64,000 nucleotides of DNA from NCBI GenBank assembly GCA_034780895.1, contig JAUZTB010000062.1:15173795-15237794 (forward strand), given 5' to 3'. Of this stretch, positions 1 through 13,289 are shown piece by piece. The notes under the pieces are model-generated. The model was not told the origin of the DNA, made no database searches, and saw only the letters and a list, made by a program, of their open reading frames with translations. The DNA comes from Rhynchobatus australiae. Its lineage: Eukaryota. The position numbers were made by a program, and so were the translations under genes. The stretch's first letter is position 1. Each line of letters begins with the position of its first letter.

Positions 1-3000
1 ATAAGAAAGGGTCTAGGTTTCTCAAAGAAAGTTTGACCATCCCCAACTTAGTATGTAGCATTTTTTGTACATTTATATAGAGTTCTAGGTGACATTGTCA
101 GGTATCAAACAGAGCTTTGAAGCAACGATTGCCTAACCTCACTGATCACCTCTTAGAGAAATCGAGGACTACTTGATAATTGTAATATGTGCTATTATAT
201 TTGTATTTGCACAGGAGATAATTAACTTCCTCTTGGTACTACATTCTCAAAGCCATTTCTCGCACTCTAAGATAAGATGTACAAAAATGCAGCAGGCAGT
301 CAATGGCATGTAGTACTGCAACAGAGGAAAGGGTCCTATATCTCCTTGAGATTATGCATCATCATGAAAAACCAAATGAGAACAACTATGGAAGAAAATA
401 TTCTCTTTAAGGCCTTCCTGGAAACCCGCCTCAAGCTAAAAACTCCTTATTTTTTTAATCATTTTTTTGTGAAGCATTTCATAACAATTTCTACATTGAA
501 GACCTTGTATGCTGTTATTATGTACATATAAAGCTGATATTCCTCTTTTGTACAGACAGTGCACTAAAATGAGCACATTATTTTTCTCCATTTTTGTTCA
601 TGTGCCAGAGTGCAGAAGTTCATCAACCATCAGGGTATTACCCAACACCACTGAGATAAAGAGGTGGGTCACAGGTCTGAGCAGTGAGAGGAAGGGCCCT
701 GTAGCGGGAACTGTTAGTGGTCATGAGAGGCGGGAAGTGGGCCACAAAAATTATGGTGGAACATTGGAGGTTAGTGATTGGTTGCAGGTACTGGGCCAGA
801 GTAATGATCAGATTGAGAGGCTTGTGGATTGCAAAGAGGAGGTGTTGGGAAGTGGGGAAGGAGAGAGAACAACCAAGAAGAATAATTTTCTTACTGAAAG
901 TGGACCAACTTATATCAGATTCCACAGGCTGGAACCTGTTCAGGTAGTTGCCTTGAACTTATGCCAAAACAGCCCTCAAGTATTTTATGAAGGCTTGTTT
1001 CATGTGAATGGTCTGTACCATCCATAGCCCTGTGTGTGCCAATGTAAATCAGAGAAGTGACGCTGTGATGTATATCATATGTTGTTAGGCAGCAGAGCAA
1101 ATTCCAGGAATCACTATGTGGTAACATGTTGCTGATACCAAGGATCCAGAGAGAAAATCACTGATCTTATGAACAAAACAGTGAATCCTCCATTGTATTT
1201 TGTGATTGGCTTCCCAGGAAATCCAACTATTGGATGCAGTGTTTCAAGGCCACTGTTTCGTGGTAACAGAGTGGAGAAATTCACTTTGTACAGTTTCAGT
1301 TTCAATGACGCTGATACAAAGGTGATTGTTGAGAGAGAAAAGAAGTACAGAAAGCCACTATAATAATATCCCACATAGCTTGACCATGAAAGGACATTAA
1401 CCTGAGAATCAATGTGAGATGATCTAGCTGGAGAACAGTTTCACAGAGTTCCAGGAAAATGAGTCAAACGCGGCAAGTACAGGTTCTCATGAGGGCCACA
1501 TAAATGAAGGAATCAGTATGCGATTTAGAGCCCTATTAAAATTTATAAGCAAAGTAGAATAGTTAGCAATGTATAAATGGTTAGGTTATAGTCGTGGTAG
1601 GGGTTAAATGGGAGTAAATCAGTCTGGCATACAGAGAGATACAGACATAGTAGTTAGGTGTGGGATGATGTGAGATTGGAATGTTAATTTTTGGACAAGT
1701 GCCAGGCCATCTGGAAATCAGGAGGGGAGTCTGAAAAGAGAATAAGATACTCAGTAATAAATATCTACAGAAGATAAGGAAGTAAAGGCTATCAAGGACA
1801 GACACAGTCACTCATGTGTGGGGAATGTCCAGAGGACAATAAATAGATAGTAGGAGCAATAAACATGTGTAAATCAAGAGATGATTCATGAGTCTATTGA
1901 CATGGTAATGTATTAGTTGCATATACTCATATATTACTGGCACTTAGTAGAAATGTACTTATAAATGAACCTCGCACTCATCTTACATAATTAAGTATAG
2001 AAAATAACTGAACTCAAAACCTTATGTCAGTTAGTAAGCACTCAGAGAAGACAGCCAGTCATTGCTTCTATTAATTCTCTGTTCCTGAGTTATTTTGGTA
2101 TCTGTCTCAAGGACAATGCATAGATTTGGCTATGTTAGTGAATTTGTTTATCTGACATCCATTTGTTGAATCATCATGTCTTTCATTTGGAGGGAGAAAC
2201 CAAAACAGGTGTTAGATATTTCATTGCATGTCTTTTAATGTTGATTCACCCTTTGACTTGGATGCTGTTGATTCAGCTCAGCTCAGATAAAATTGAACCT
2301 CTGTAATCATGAACCAATANNNNNNNNNNNNNNNNNNNNNNNNNNNNNNNNNNNNNNNNNNNNNNNNNNNNNNNNNNNNNNNNNNNNNNNNNNNNNNNNN
2401 NNNNNNNNNNNNNNNNNNNNNNNNNNNNNNNNNNNNNNNNNNNNNNNNNAAATACCAAATCAAAATTTCCTCAAAATGGGGAAAATATTATCTGACACTA
2501 ATGGAACACTTTCTACATGTACAGTATCNNNNNNNNNNNNNNNNNNNNNNNNNNNNNNNNNNNNNNNNNNNNNNNNNNNNNNNNNNNNNNNNNNNNNNNN
2601 NNNNNNNNNNNNNNNNNNNNNNNNNNNNNNNNNNNNNNNNNNNNNNNNNNNNNNNNNNNNNNNNNNNNNNNNNNNNNNNNNNNNNNNNNNNNNNNNNNNN
2701 ACCTGAAGTTTATGCTGGATGCCAGCCATGAGTGAGTTGGGATTTAGCTGCAGATGAGCTAATGTCACACCCTCCATGAGAATTAAAAAAACAGACACAG
2801 GCTAAGGCATTTATCCTGGGTGGAAATGTGCCTCTAGTGAAATTTGAAGAATACCTAGGTATTTCTGTGTAAAATCCCAACCTTGCCCTGGTGACTGTTG
2901 AATTATTTTGTCACTAGCACTTTCAGAGAACAAATCCTTGCCTCATTGTAGAACTGAATGGAATCCGAGGTTGTCAAAGTTCCAGGCAAGTTATTGCAGT

Positions 3001-6000
3001 AAGGGACTCCTTTGAGCCGCAAGTTAACAAGCAGATTCAGTCTGATTCCTAGATTAGTAAAAGTCTTTCATGGTCAGAAATAATTTTCCCACACTTTATT
3101 TATGACTGAGGTTGAAACAACTCTGTCGTCTGCATTAGGCATGCTACCGTTTTATAGAATTCCCCTTCCCCACCCCATCCCCCATCTTCTTGGCTTGTTC
3201 TACTGCTGAGTCAGCCTTCCAACATGTCGAGCAAAATGTAATTTACTAATGAATCTAAGCTGTCAGGTGGACTGAAACATCTGAATTTTTCCAAGCAGCC
3301 TCCCTTTCTGTGCCACAGGCTTCTGCACCTCCCCTCTCCTTGTTGCTAACTTCACAGAGTATAATTTTAAGATGACGTAAACTGGAAAACAGTCTTTGTA
3401 TCTTGTAAAATAATGGAATGAGTGACAATAATGTCTATTATTTGCATCCACCATTTGTCTGTAGCATTCTTGTTTGTCTTTAATGAAGTATGTTTAATAG
3501 GGTTATTTTTAAACACATTGTTATCCTCTTTTCAGATATCACAATTCATAGCCTTCACTTTTCCTTAGCACATAAAGGTCTTGGTATTTTATACATTACT
3601 AGTGTAAAAGCTGCACAATACTACTTTATGGGCATGTTCTCTCTCTGCCACAGACAGCTTATGCCAAAGATACCTATATCCTTGACGATGACCTCAGTCA
3701 GAGGATTGATTACCAGAGCAAACAGGAGTGGCGACAGTCAGCAACTTGATAAGGTGCTCTTCCCAAAGTAAAATAATCAATGCCTTTCTTTGGCTGCAAT
3801 TAAATGACATTTAAACCTGAAGTATAATACCTCCACTGGAACAGCAAACCTTGCTAAGCAGCAAACTGTATCAATGTTGCAGTTTAACTTACTTTATTTT
3901 CAAAGCATTTCTGTAGAATTGTATCTTTTCATCTATTCAGCATAAACCTCGCTATCGTTTCATTCAATACTACAATTGGTGAGATTATTTTGTTTAAAAA
4001 ATTTATTGTCTAAAATTATTTCATTGTTTAAATATATATTGAGTAGGCTATGCTCCAAACTGGCAACTTGTCTTTTGTGATCAGCAATTAGATAATTTAC
4101 GACAAATACAAAATAAAATTCTATCAAAATTCATTAGATTGGTTTCAACTCTAAAAATGAATTGTTAAGCACAGAGTAAAAGATGAAGCATCTGCATATA
4201 AAATATTAACCTGCCCATTTTCNNNNNNNNNNNNNNNNNNNNNNNNNNNNNNNNNNNNNNNNNNNNNNNNNNNNNNNNNNNNNNNNNNNNNNNNNNNNNN
4301 NNNNNNNNNNNNNNNNNNNNNNNNNNNNNNNNNNNNNNNNNNNNNNNNNNNNNNNNNNNNNNNNNNNNNNNNNNNNNNNNNNNNNNNNNNNNNNNNNNNN
4401 NNNNNNNNNNNNNNNNNNNNNNNNNNNNNNNNNNNNNNNNNNNNNNNNNNNNNNNNNNNNNNNNNNNNNNNNNNNNNNNNNNNNNNNNNNNNNNNNNNNN
4501 NNNNNNNNNNNNNNNNNNNNNNNNNNNNNNNNNNNNNNNNNNNNNNNNNNNNNNNNNNNNNNNNNNNNNNNNNNNNNNNNNNNNNNNNNNNNNNNNNNNN
4601 NNNNNNNNNNNNNNNNNNNNNNNNNNNNNNNNNNNNNNNNNNNNNNNNNNNNNNNNNNNNNNNNNNNNNNNNNNNNNNNNNNNNNNNNNNNNNNNNNNNN
4701 NNNNCTCAAAATCCTGATATCATCTTCACCTGTCATCAGATGTTATTCTAAATCAGGCAGAACTAAATTACAGATTTGTAAACGTGTTCAAAATTGAATT
4801 TTGGAGCTTGCTTAAATTATTCATTTTGGTATTAAATGCTGAGTTAGATAAAGGAATAAAAGCATGATATTGATTTTTGGAAAAAAGGGGTGTAGTATTT
4901 ATTTCAAGGTTTCTAAATATTTAGTTTATTTTAAACAGAAAAGCATTAGGAACAATTTTTGTTAAAAATGAGAAATATAATCAGTGAATAATTCTGCTCC
5001 AGACATGCCATTAAGAACATTCAACAAGACTATTAGGCTAGATTGACAAGGAAAATAGGTCTAGATTTGAAATAGGCAGTACTTCAGAAGAAAACCTCAC
5101 AGGTACTGAAGGATTAGCAATGTGTTGCTTTGGTTTTAGTACTATGTACATATTCCAATATTTAAGATTTCATGTGTTGCTTTCACACTGAAACTGATAT
5201 AGTCATGGTGAACCATTCCTTAAAGTTCAAAGAGGACACAGATATTTTTCTGTTATTCAAACAGTTGAAGAGTGGTNNNNNNNNNNNNNNNNNNNNNNNN
5301 NNNNNNNNNNNNNNNNNNNNNNNNNNNNNNNNNNNNNNNNNNNNNNNNNNNNNNNNNNNNNNNNNNNNNNNNNNNNNNNNNNNNNNNNNNNNNNNNNNNN
5401 NNNNNNNNNNNNNNNNNNNNNNNNNNNNNNNNNNNNNNNNNNNNNNNNNNNNNNNNNNNNNNNNNNNNNNNNNNNNNNNNNNNNNNNNNNNNNNNNNNNN
5501 NNNNNNNNNNNNNNNNNNNNNNNNNNNNNNNNNNNNNNNNNNNNNNNNNNNNNNNNNNNNNNNNNNNNNNNNNNNNNNNNNNNNNNNNNNNNNNNNNNNN
5601 NNNNNNNNNNNNNNNNNNNNNNNNNNNNNNNNNNNNNNNNNNNNNNNNNNNNNNNNNNNNNNNNNNNNNNNNNNNNNNNNNNNNNNNNNNNNNNNNNNNN
5701 NNNNNNNNNNNNNNNNNNNNNNNNNNNNNNNNNNNNNNNNNNNNNNNNNNNNNNNNNNNNNNNNNNNNNNNNNNNNNNNNNNNNNNNNNNNNNNNNNNNN
5801 NNNNNNNNNNNNNNNNNNNNNNNNNNNNNNNNNNNNNNNNNNNNNNNNNNNNNNNNNNNNNNNNNNNNNNNNNNNNNNNNNNNNNNNNNNNNNNNNNNNN
5901 NNNNNNNNNNNNNNNNNNNNNNNNNNNNNNNNNNNNNNNNNNNNNNNNNNNNNNNNNNNNNNNNNNNNNNNNNNNNNNNNNNNNNNNNNNNNNNNNNNNN

Positions 6001-6125
6001 NNNNNNNNNNNNNNNNNNNNNNNNNNNNNNNNNNNNNNNNNNNNNNNNNNNNNNNNNNNNNNNNNNNNNNNNNNNNNNNNNNNNNNNNNNNNNNNNNNNN
6101 NNNNNNNNNNNNNNNNNNNNNNNNN

Positions 6126-6450
6126 ACTTCCCCTTCTTCAAGTCCACAATCAGTTCCTTGGTCTTGCTGATGTTGAGTGCAAGGGTGTTGTTGCGACACC
6201 AGTCAATCAGCTGATCTGTTTCACTCCTGTAAGCCTCCTCATTGCCGTCTGAGATTCTACCAACAACAGTGGTGTCATCGGCAAATTTATAAATGGTGTC
6301 AGGAGTCGCATTTAGCCACACAGTCATGAGTGTCCTTGAGGTGCGGCTGTGTTATAGTCAGCGAGGAGGAGATATTATTGCCAATCCACACTGACTGTGT
6401 TCTCCCTATTAGGAAGTTGAGGATCCAGTTGCAGAGGGAGGTACAGAGAT
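6126..6450 (-). mobile_element. Rex-Babar-type LINE reverse transcriptase fragment
   Basis: Minus-strand peptide KFADDTTVVGRISDGNEEAYRSE...LALNISKTKELIVD; runs into an N gap. Confidence 0.85.
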
Positions 6451-6849
6451 AATGTGCAAATAGGCACTAAATGAGGCAGGAACAAGACAAATCGTAAGCT
6501 GAACAGAAGAACATTGTGATTTATTTAAAGAGAGATGTCGGAATGGCATTCCAATGGTTAGGTCTGAGCTGAATGAAGGTTTTGCAACCAATCTTGGCTT
6601 AAAAGAAAGAGAAGATCTACATCAGATCAGAATCAATGAATTCAGTGTTTGTAAAGACACAAGCGCAGAATATTGAAAAAGGATTTGTAACTGAACTGAA
6701 ATACTCTGTGCAGGTCACTGAGGGCAGCTGGCTGAGTGGAGTTTTGGATGCTGATGGGCACAAAATGAGAGGCACCAAGCAAAGAATTAGATGTTAAGCA
6801 CTTGGAGATAGAGGCATAGTTGATGGTATCAGTAGTACAGTGCTAGAGA

Positions 6850-7320
6850 TGGAACTGGATCTGGGCGCTGCTACAGTGGAATTTTGAGATGGACAGAATG
6901 GCAATTTTAAAGCACGGCTCAAGATTGTGAGAGGGATGAAAATTCACGGGATGAAGACAATAGCTTCAACCTGATGTCGAGCTGAACTTCCTTGGAAATG
7001 GGTTTAGTGGAGCAGTCTACCTGAGCAGAGCAAGAAGACATGGATGAATCGCATTAATGTGATGGGAAGCATGATCTGATACCAGTAAATAATATCTGAG
7101 ATGGAAAGAGCCAATATGGAGCCATAGGGAACCCTAGAGACAGTAGTTGGGGAAAGGAAGGGATTACCAATGTCACAACTTCCATTGCAGCAAAAGCCAC
7201 CAGTATTTGATCAAAGGAAGTGGATAATTTACAAGAGACCATGGTCAATGAATGCAGTGTTTGAAAGGCCATCCAATGTCTGAATTCTACATTGGAAGCT
7301 CAGACTGTTACCATGCTAGT
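6850..7320 (-). mobile_element. Highly decayed L2-like LINE fragment
   Basis: Only faint RT-region resemblance (EAIVF; GFPMAPY as a possible GVPQGS remnant). Confidence 0.3.
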
Positions 7321-8026
7321 TTAGACTGTTACTGTGCCATTATACATGAGATAACAGTGTGCAAAAAAGATTGTGGGGCCTTGTAACAATCCAGTCTTTG
7401 TTGTTCAAGAGATCACTAGGATTAGTAGGATAGGTGGGGCAGTGGCAGTGGTTATAGGAATCACAAACTTACTGCCTTCACTCAGCAAGACAACATTTGT
7501 TCTACCACTCCCAATCCTCCTTAGCCCCAGATTTTGCCAGCCAGTCCAGGTTGCAAACATTCACGGCAAGAAGCTGCAGTATGTGTCATTCCTCCTTTGC
7601 CCTCAATGCCTGGTCTACTTCCTATTTCATCCATTGAGTTGATGGGATTTCAGCGTATTACTCAGGAGCATAAGGATAGGCAAAGACAAATGGAAGACAG
7701 GCACTAAGGGGATGTACAAGGGTGATAAGCTGATTTTTTATTTGCAATACTTTGAGATTTTATTTCAAATTTTTTTTGGAATTTTAATTCCTGGTGAATT
7801 CCACTTATGGCCTATTTGACGTTGTGACAGTAACAGTGGGAAGGGGAGATTTGGAGCTTTTGTTGATGGGGAATTGAATTAATGAGACGGTTTCTGCAGT
7901 CAGATGAATTCTTCACATACAGTTGAAGCAGATGGGTTACTTCCAGCATAGTCCACCTCCTTCTAGCCCCTTCCTTTCTCTTTTATCTTCCTGAACCTCA
8001 ACAGTTGACCACTTAGTTATTGGTAA

Positions 8027-8264
8027 GATGGCGAGATTGTGATGGCGAGATTGTGATGGCGAGATTGTGCCGGCGAGATTGTGATGGCGAGATTGTGATG
8101 GCGAGATTGTGATGGTGAGATTGTGCCGGCGAGATTGTGATGGCGAGATTGTGATGGCGAGATTGTGATGGCGAGATTGTGATGGCGAGATTGTGCCAGC
8201 GAGATTGTGATGGCGAGATTGTGACGGTGAGATTGTGACGGTGAGATTGTGACGGTGAGATTGT
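8027..8264. repeat. Minisatellite: 17 copies of a 14-bp unit, GATGGCGAGATTGT
   Basis: 238 bp = 17 x 14 with no indels. Variants GCCGGCG, GCCAGCG, GATGGTG and GACGGTG at the unit start. Confidence 0.97.
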
Positions 8265-8499
8265 GCAGCCTCCTGCAATAGTCCATGAATTTTAACACTG
8301 GCATTCCTGGGTGCTGCAAGGCTGCCTAAGAACAATTCTGGCAGGGGAGGCGCATTTAAAATAATGTGTCATAGAGCACCAATCTACTCTATTACATTAA
8401 TTTGACAGCATGGTGTTCATCAAATGTATGCACTTTACTTACTGGCGATGTTGTCAGTACGTGACTCTTGCTGCAATAGGCATAATTGATATAGTGTCT

Positions 8500-9110
8500 G
8501 AAATGCAGCTAGAGTGGTGGACTGCCACAGAATGGAGAGATCATGGTGCAGCCAAGATACCAGGCATGCATCTGGATGACTTATTGTGTTTGCACACCAG
8601 CTGGACGTTGAAAGAATGGAAGCTCTTCCAGTTTCAGTACAGGGCAAACCACAGAGTAATGTGCATGCAGTCAATTACACCCTGCGCTGTAGGTGAGTCT
8701 GCAATCATCCTCAAAAAGCTGCAATCTCACTGTCTGGTGTTCTCTGACAAGAGGACATGAATTGAAATATAGTCAGGTTTCTGGAATAGAGAGCCTCCGT
8801 AGCTTCCCTTATGTAGCACTGGATGACAAACTACAACATGTTGCGAATATCTCCAGCCCCAGTGTGGAAAGGTGAGTTTAGTAGAGCAGTTTAACAGCAG
8901 AGGCATCAAAAAATCTTGGAAAATAGAGGATAGGTAGAAGTTAATGATCACTTTGACAGCCACTGGTAATGTGGTCCATGCCTTGCATTGAAATTGCAGT
9001 GTGGCTGCACCAAGAGTCAGATTTCAGTGAGGACATCCCTTCTTGAAGCACAAATACCTCAGTTATTGTTGTGTACTTAGGTTCAGGCTCTCCGAACACC
9101 CTCTGTGGAT
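8500..9110 (-). mobile_element. PIF/Harbinger DDE transposase relic
   Basis: Minus-strand motifs in the expected order: LPVAVKVIINF, QGVIDCMHI (about 8660-8685), NWKSFHSFNVQLVC (about 8592-8633), HD.SILWQS. Frameshifted. Confidence 0.75.
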
Positions 9111-9796
9111 AATGGCATCTTTTCAACAGGCTCTCCTACTCCTTCCTCTTCCAGCACATTGTCCTGTTTGTGGCCTCTGCTCATTCTCCCAGCCACGCTG
9201 CAGTCCTTGGGAAATATCTGATAATGCACTAAATGGAAACTTGTTTGTGTAGAAGGCTGAACTGAGCAAAACGTCCATCAGCATCTGCTGCACCACTCCC
9301 TGAAGAGCTCTGGAGCTTGAACTATCAGCAAGAAACTTGTCAGACTGCAGCCACAACCAGAAGCACTCAGCCAGGAGCCAACCTGTAAATAATGGATCAT
9401 CCTTTTAAATAGCACTGAATGCTCATGCAGACATACATGCTTTAGAGAGGAAGTTAACTGGAGTGCAGAGCTTTAAAATAGCAGGACCATCAGACTAATG
9501 ATGTACACTAACTGATATTCTGACCTGTATACATCTAGAAAATGATGCCCTCATCAATGTGGTATATGGTGGGACCTCCACGCAAAATATGAGTGTGCAT
9601 CACAGCTGCTATGCTGGCCTTTTCAGCTCCCTCAATGCACTTGGATAAGGATACCACCAATTCTGCCTCAATTGGTTCAATCCAAAAGAAAGTGTTGACA
9701 TCTCACAGAGTAAAAATCCCATTGGTGACAATGGAAAAGTGAAAGGACAGCACCTAAAATTAATTAAACATGTAAATTGGGCCAAAGAAAATCAAG

Positions 9797-9998
9797 GAAA
9801 CTGCGGGTGCTGGGAATCCGAAACAAAAACTGAAAGTGCTGGAAATACTCGGCAGGTCGGGCAGCCTTGTCAGAAAGAGAAATAGAGTGGACAACCCAAG
9901 TCAAAGACGCTTTGTTCGAAGGAAAGTCTTTGCCCTGTGCATTGCCCCTGTTTCTCTTTCCATTGATGCTGCCTGACCTGCTGAGTTTTTCCAGCATA
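9797..9998. mobile_element. Fold-back repeat of two inverted Penelope-type terminal-repeat arms
   Basis: Arms 9837-9865 and 9968-9996 are reverse complements at 26/29 positions. Confidence 0.7.
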
Positions 9999-10778
9999 TT
10001 ATGAAAATTGAGTCATCCACTATTTTTTCAAGGAGATCAACTTTTTCTTCCATTATAACTGGTAAATTAAACTCTTCCCTGCTAATATCAGCCACTGTCA
10101 GATGCAAACTTGGCTGGAGTTCTTTAAAAAAATAAATCATATGAAGCTTTTAGTGACCTAATTTACCAGACTAAATTTAGGTTACTTAAAATGAGTTAAT
10201 TGCTTTCTAGTTACTCAGCAAACTGCCAACACATTTAATGTGAGAATTCTCACACCTGGAGAGAAATAAATAATGAAATGGCAAGTATTAACAGGAAAGA
10301 CGTCTTTGAACGGATGGATTTATTTTTAACGAGACTCTTTTTTTCAAATGTATATATTTTTAAGAAGAAGCACTTCAGTGTGATTGACTTATGTTACTTC
10401 AGTGCCAAATCATATATTACAGATTTTACTTTCATTTGTCAGGAGGATTACATTCATTTCATATGCTACTGTATATTTTTTGGATTGCTGGATGAATTCT
10501 TGGCTTAGAACCCAGACAATCAACTGGATTTCAAGCCATCCATTAGCACTATCCTGTTAGACAGGAGTTACTGAGGGAGACTGATTTTTGGTAAAGTCCT
10601 TATGCTTGGCACCGAATTCCATCAACTGCAAATGAGATTGGCCACTCTCCAAAAGCAAAATCCTGAAAATCTAAAATCAAAATAGAAAATGCTGGAATAC
10701 TCAGCAGGTTAGTCAGCATCTGTTGATAAAGAACAGACTTTCTTTTTCAAAAATGCATTCATGGGATGTGAGCATCAA

Positions 10779-10915
10779 TGCACTCTGTACTAACCCAATG
10801 TAACTGCACTGTGTAATGAATTGACCTGTATGATCGGTATGCAAAACAAGTTTGTCACTGTACCTTGGTACAAGTGACAATAATAAACCAGTACCAATAC
10901 CAATACCAATACCAG
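10779..10915 (+). mobile_element. Rex-Babar LINE 3' tail with (TACCAA)n end
   Basis: Same tail as the element at 24813-25507; ends AATAAACCAG then TACCAA repeats. Confidence 0.75.
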
Positions 10916-11013
10916 TGCTGGCAAAGCCAGCATTTACTTTCCATGAATTGGACAGCTTGCAAGGCCATTTCAGAAGGCAATCACAATTTCTAAAGGGCAT
11001 TAGTGAATCAGAC

Positions 11014-11148
11014 AACAAGATGCTGGAGGAACTCAGCAGGTCAGTCAGCATCTGTGGAGAAAAGCAGATGAGATGCCTGACCTGCTGAGTTCCTCCAGCA
11101 TCTTGTTTTTTCATCTAGATTCCAGCATCTGCAGCCCTTTGTTTCTCT
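11014..11148. mobile_element. Fold-back repeat with perfect 31-bp arms (Penelope terminal-repeat family)
   Basis: 11014-11044 is the exact reverse complement of 11077-11107. Confidence 0.8.
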
Positions 11149-11809
11149 GTTATTGAATCAGTTGCGTCTTAACGACAATCCAGTAGTTTCATGGTCACTA
11201 TTTCTGAAGACAGCNNNNNNNNNNNNNNNNNNNNNNNNNNNNNNNNNNNNNNNNNNNNNNNNNNNNNNNNNNNNGACTGAAGTTTCTGGATTATCAGAAC
11301 AGGTCTCTCAATTACTAGTCTAGTAACTTAATCACTGTACTAGTATCACCAACATTTCTGGTCAGCAGCCTTTCATCTAAAACCAGTTTGTTTCCATGTG
11401 GAAGTCATTAATGCTTTTAGTACTTATCACAAAAATTATCACTTTTGAAATATATTTTCCCTATTTGGATTATAGTCTGCTTTAGTGAACAGTTTTGGGT
11501 GAATTTTTTTTTCATTTTGGCATACCATTCTTTCACTGATTAAACCATTCTTTCACTGATTACTAGCAAATTTCATTTATTGTTTTTCTTTATGATGTTT
11601 CCAGTGGAGGTGGAGACAAGGTAATGTGCTCAACATGGGTTAGTGAGTGGAACCGAACAAAAAAGATGGAAGGTTTGGTTATTGAAATAGCTGATAAAGG
11701 TGCTACCTTTAGTTTCAGTTCCCCTGGGTTCATGTTCCAGGCAAAGTGATTGCTGCCTAATGATAAATTCTGTGAAATTTATAATGATGCCTATCAGGCA
11801 AAGGACGTC

Positions 11810-12452
11810 GATGAATTTTCTCAATGATGAAATTCACCACCACTCCATTGCACCACACTCATGGTCTAGAGAGCAGCTATGATCTCTGGCTTCCCGTATG
11901 CTTCAGGGACTTGGACAACCTACAACCTCAAAACAGTGGAGAGCTGCCACCAACTCTGTGCAGACCTCTAGCCAGATAAGTGAACCAACATCAGTGTCCT
12001 TGTCTGGGCGAACATCCCCAGTGTTGATTACTCTTTGATTACTCTTGGCAGCTTTGGTAAGCAGGCTACATTGTCTGGATAGATGACACCAGACTCCCCA
12101 GACAGGAAGTCTAAGCTCTCTCATAGCAAGAAATTGCTAAGACCTTGAAGGCAATGATCTAAATATGTAATTAAAGCCTCCTTGAAAAAAAGTGACATGC
12201 TTGGCGACTTTTGGGAATCCCCAGCTGTGACTAATCAAAATGAAGACAGTGCATCCAGTCGGCACTGAGAAGTTTGAGCTTCTTTATCAGAATGATGAAA
12301 CCTGCAGAAAATGGCAGAAGAGCACCATCTTCCATATTTTCAAGGCACCCACCTGTGGCGGAGACTGTGGATCCCACTTTAGTCTAATCACCACCACAGA
12401 AAGCACAGAACTGGAATGGAAGAAAGTCATCCACGGCCCTGAATGACTGCCT
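11810..12452 (+). mobile_element. Decayed RTE LINE 3' portion
   Basis: Collinear resemblance to the RTE at 13290-14148 (ttaaagcctccttgaaaaaa = LKASLKK); RTE-like 3' end aagtcatcc...gactgcct. Confidence 0.55.
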
Positions 12453-12795
12453 CGTAATGGAAGAACAGAATAAGAAGATCATTAACTTGGTTGTGATGTC
12501 CATCGTGATTCTCCCACTGCTACAGTGTGTTGGTCTGGAGAGAAAAAGCAACCTGATTCCAGCAAAAGTTTATCCTTTCAGGGAAGGATAGATCCAAAGA
12601 GAAAACAATTACAAAAATTACTGAATGACTTCTCGGAAGAGTTCTCTGATGTGCCCCAGAAAAGGTCACAAAAGGGCAGTTCCTGCAAAGAGACGGTTCC
12701 TTGGACAAGGGTAGAATGTAGATTTAACCAGGGGAGGAGCATCAAAGACGAAGTGAAAAGTATAAACAATAATGGCCTTGGAGGCACAAAATGTA

Positions 12796-13083
12796 TCAGT
12801 AGTGTAGCGGTTAGCATAACGTAATTACAGTGCCAGTGACCCGGTTTCAATTCCAGCCACTGTCTGTAAGGAGCTTGTATGTTCTCCCCGTGTCTGCATG
12901 GGTTTCCTCCGGGTGATCTGGTTTCCTCCCACATTCCAAAGACGTATGGGTTAGGAAGTTGTGGGCGTGCTGTGTTGGCGCCAGAAATGTGGCGACACTT
13001 GCGGGCTGCCCCCAGAACACTCTATGCAAAAGATGCATTTCACTGTGTATTTTGATGTACATGTGAGTAATAAAGATATCTTA
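12796..13083 (+). mobile_element. tRNA-derived V-SINE
   Basis: A-box-like TAGTGTAGCGGTTA, B-box-like GGTTTCAATTCC, V-domain gttctccccgtgtctgcatgggtttcctccggg...ggtttcctcccaca, LINE-like tail ending taataaa. Confidence 0.85.
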
Positions 13084-13289
13084 TATACAAAGAGGAATGG
13101 GAGAGCATGTCAAAACTTTTTAACTGTTATAATTTCAGCAACTGGCAAAGTGTGCTCTGTGGTGGAATTGTTTTAACTTCATAATAATTGTTTTCATTAT
13201 TAATGTATGTGCCAGAAGTTTGAAAAATATAAATTTGATGAGATCACGAGAGTCTTCTTTCTCATTGCTGTGTTGTTGAGCTGCAGTAT

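Noticed and set aside
2273-6327. Long ORFs in the ORF track
   Set aside because: They are open only because of N runs; the only real part is the LINE RT fragment.
8017-8335. Repetitive ORFs (TISPSQSRHHNLA) and a CRISPR-like look
   Set aside because: Simple translation of a 14-bp minisatellite; no unique spacers and no cas genes.
11524-11562. Tandem duplication of ACCATTCTTTCACTGATTA
   Set aside because: Ordinary slippage duplication with no functional context.
12796-12860. tRNA gene
   Set aside because: The A and B boxes belong to a SINE head that continues into a V-domain; no cloverleaf.
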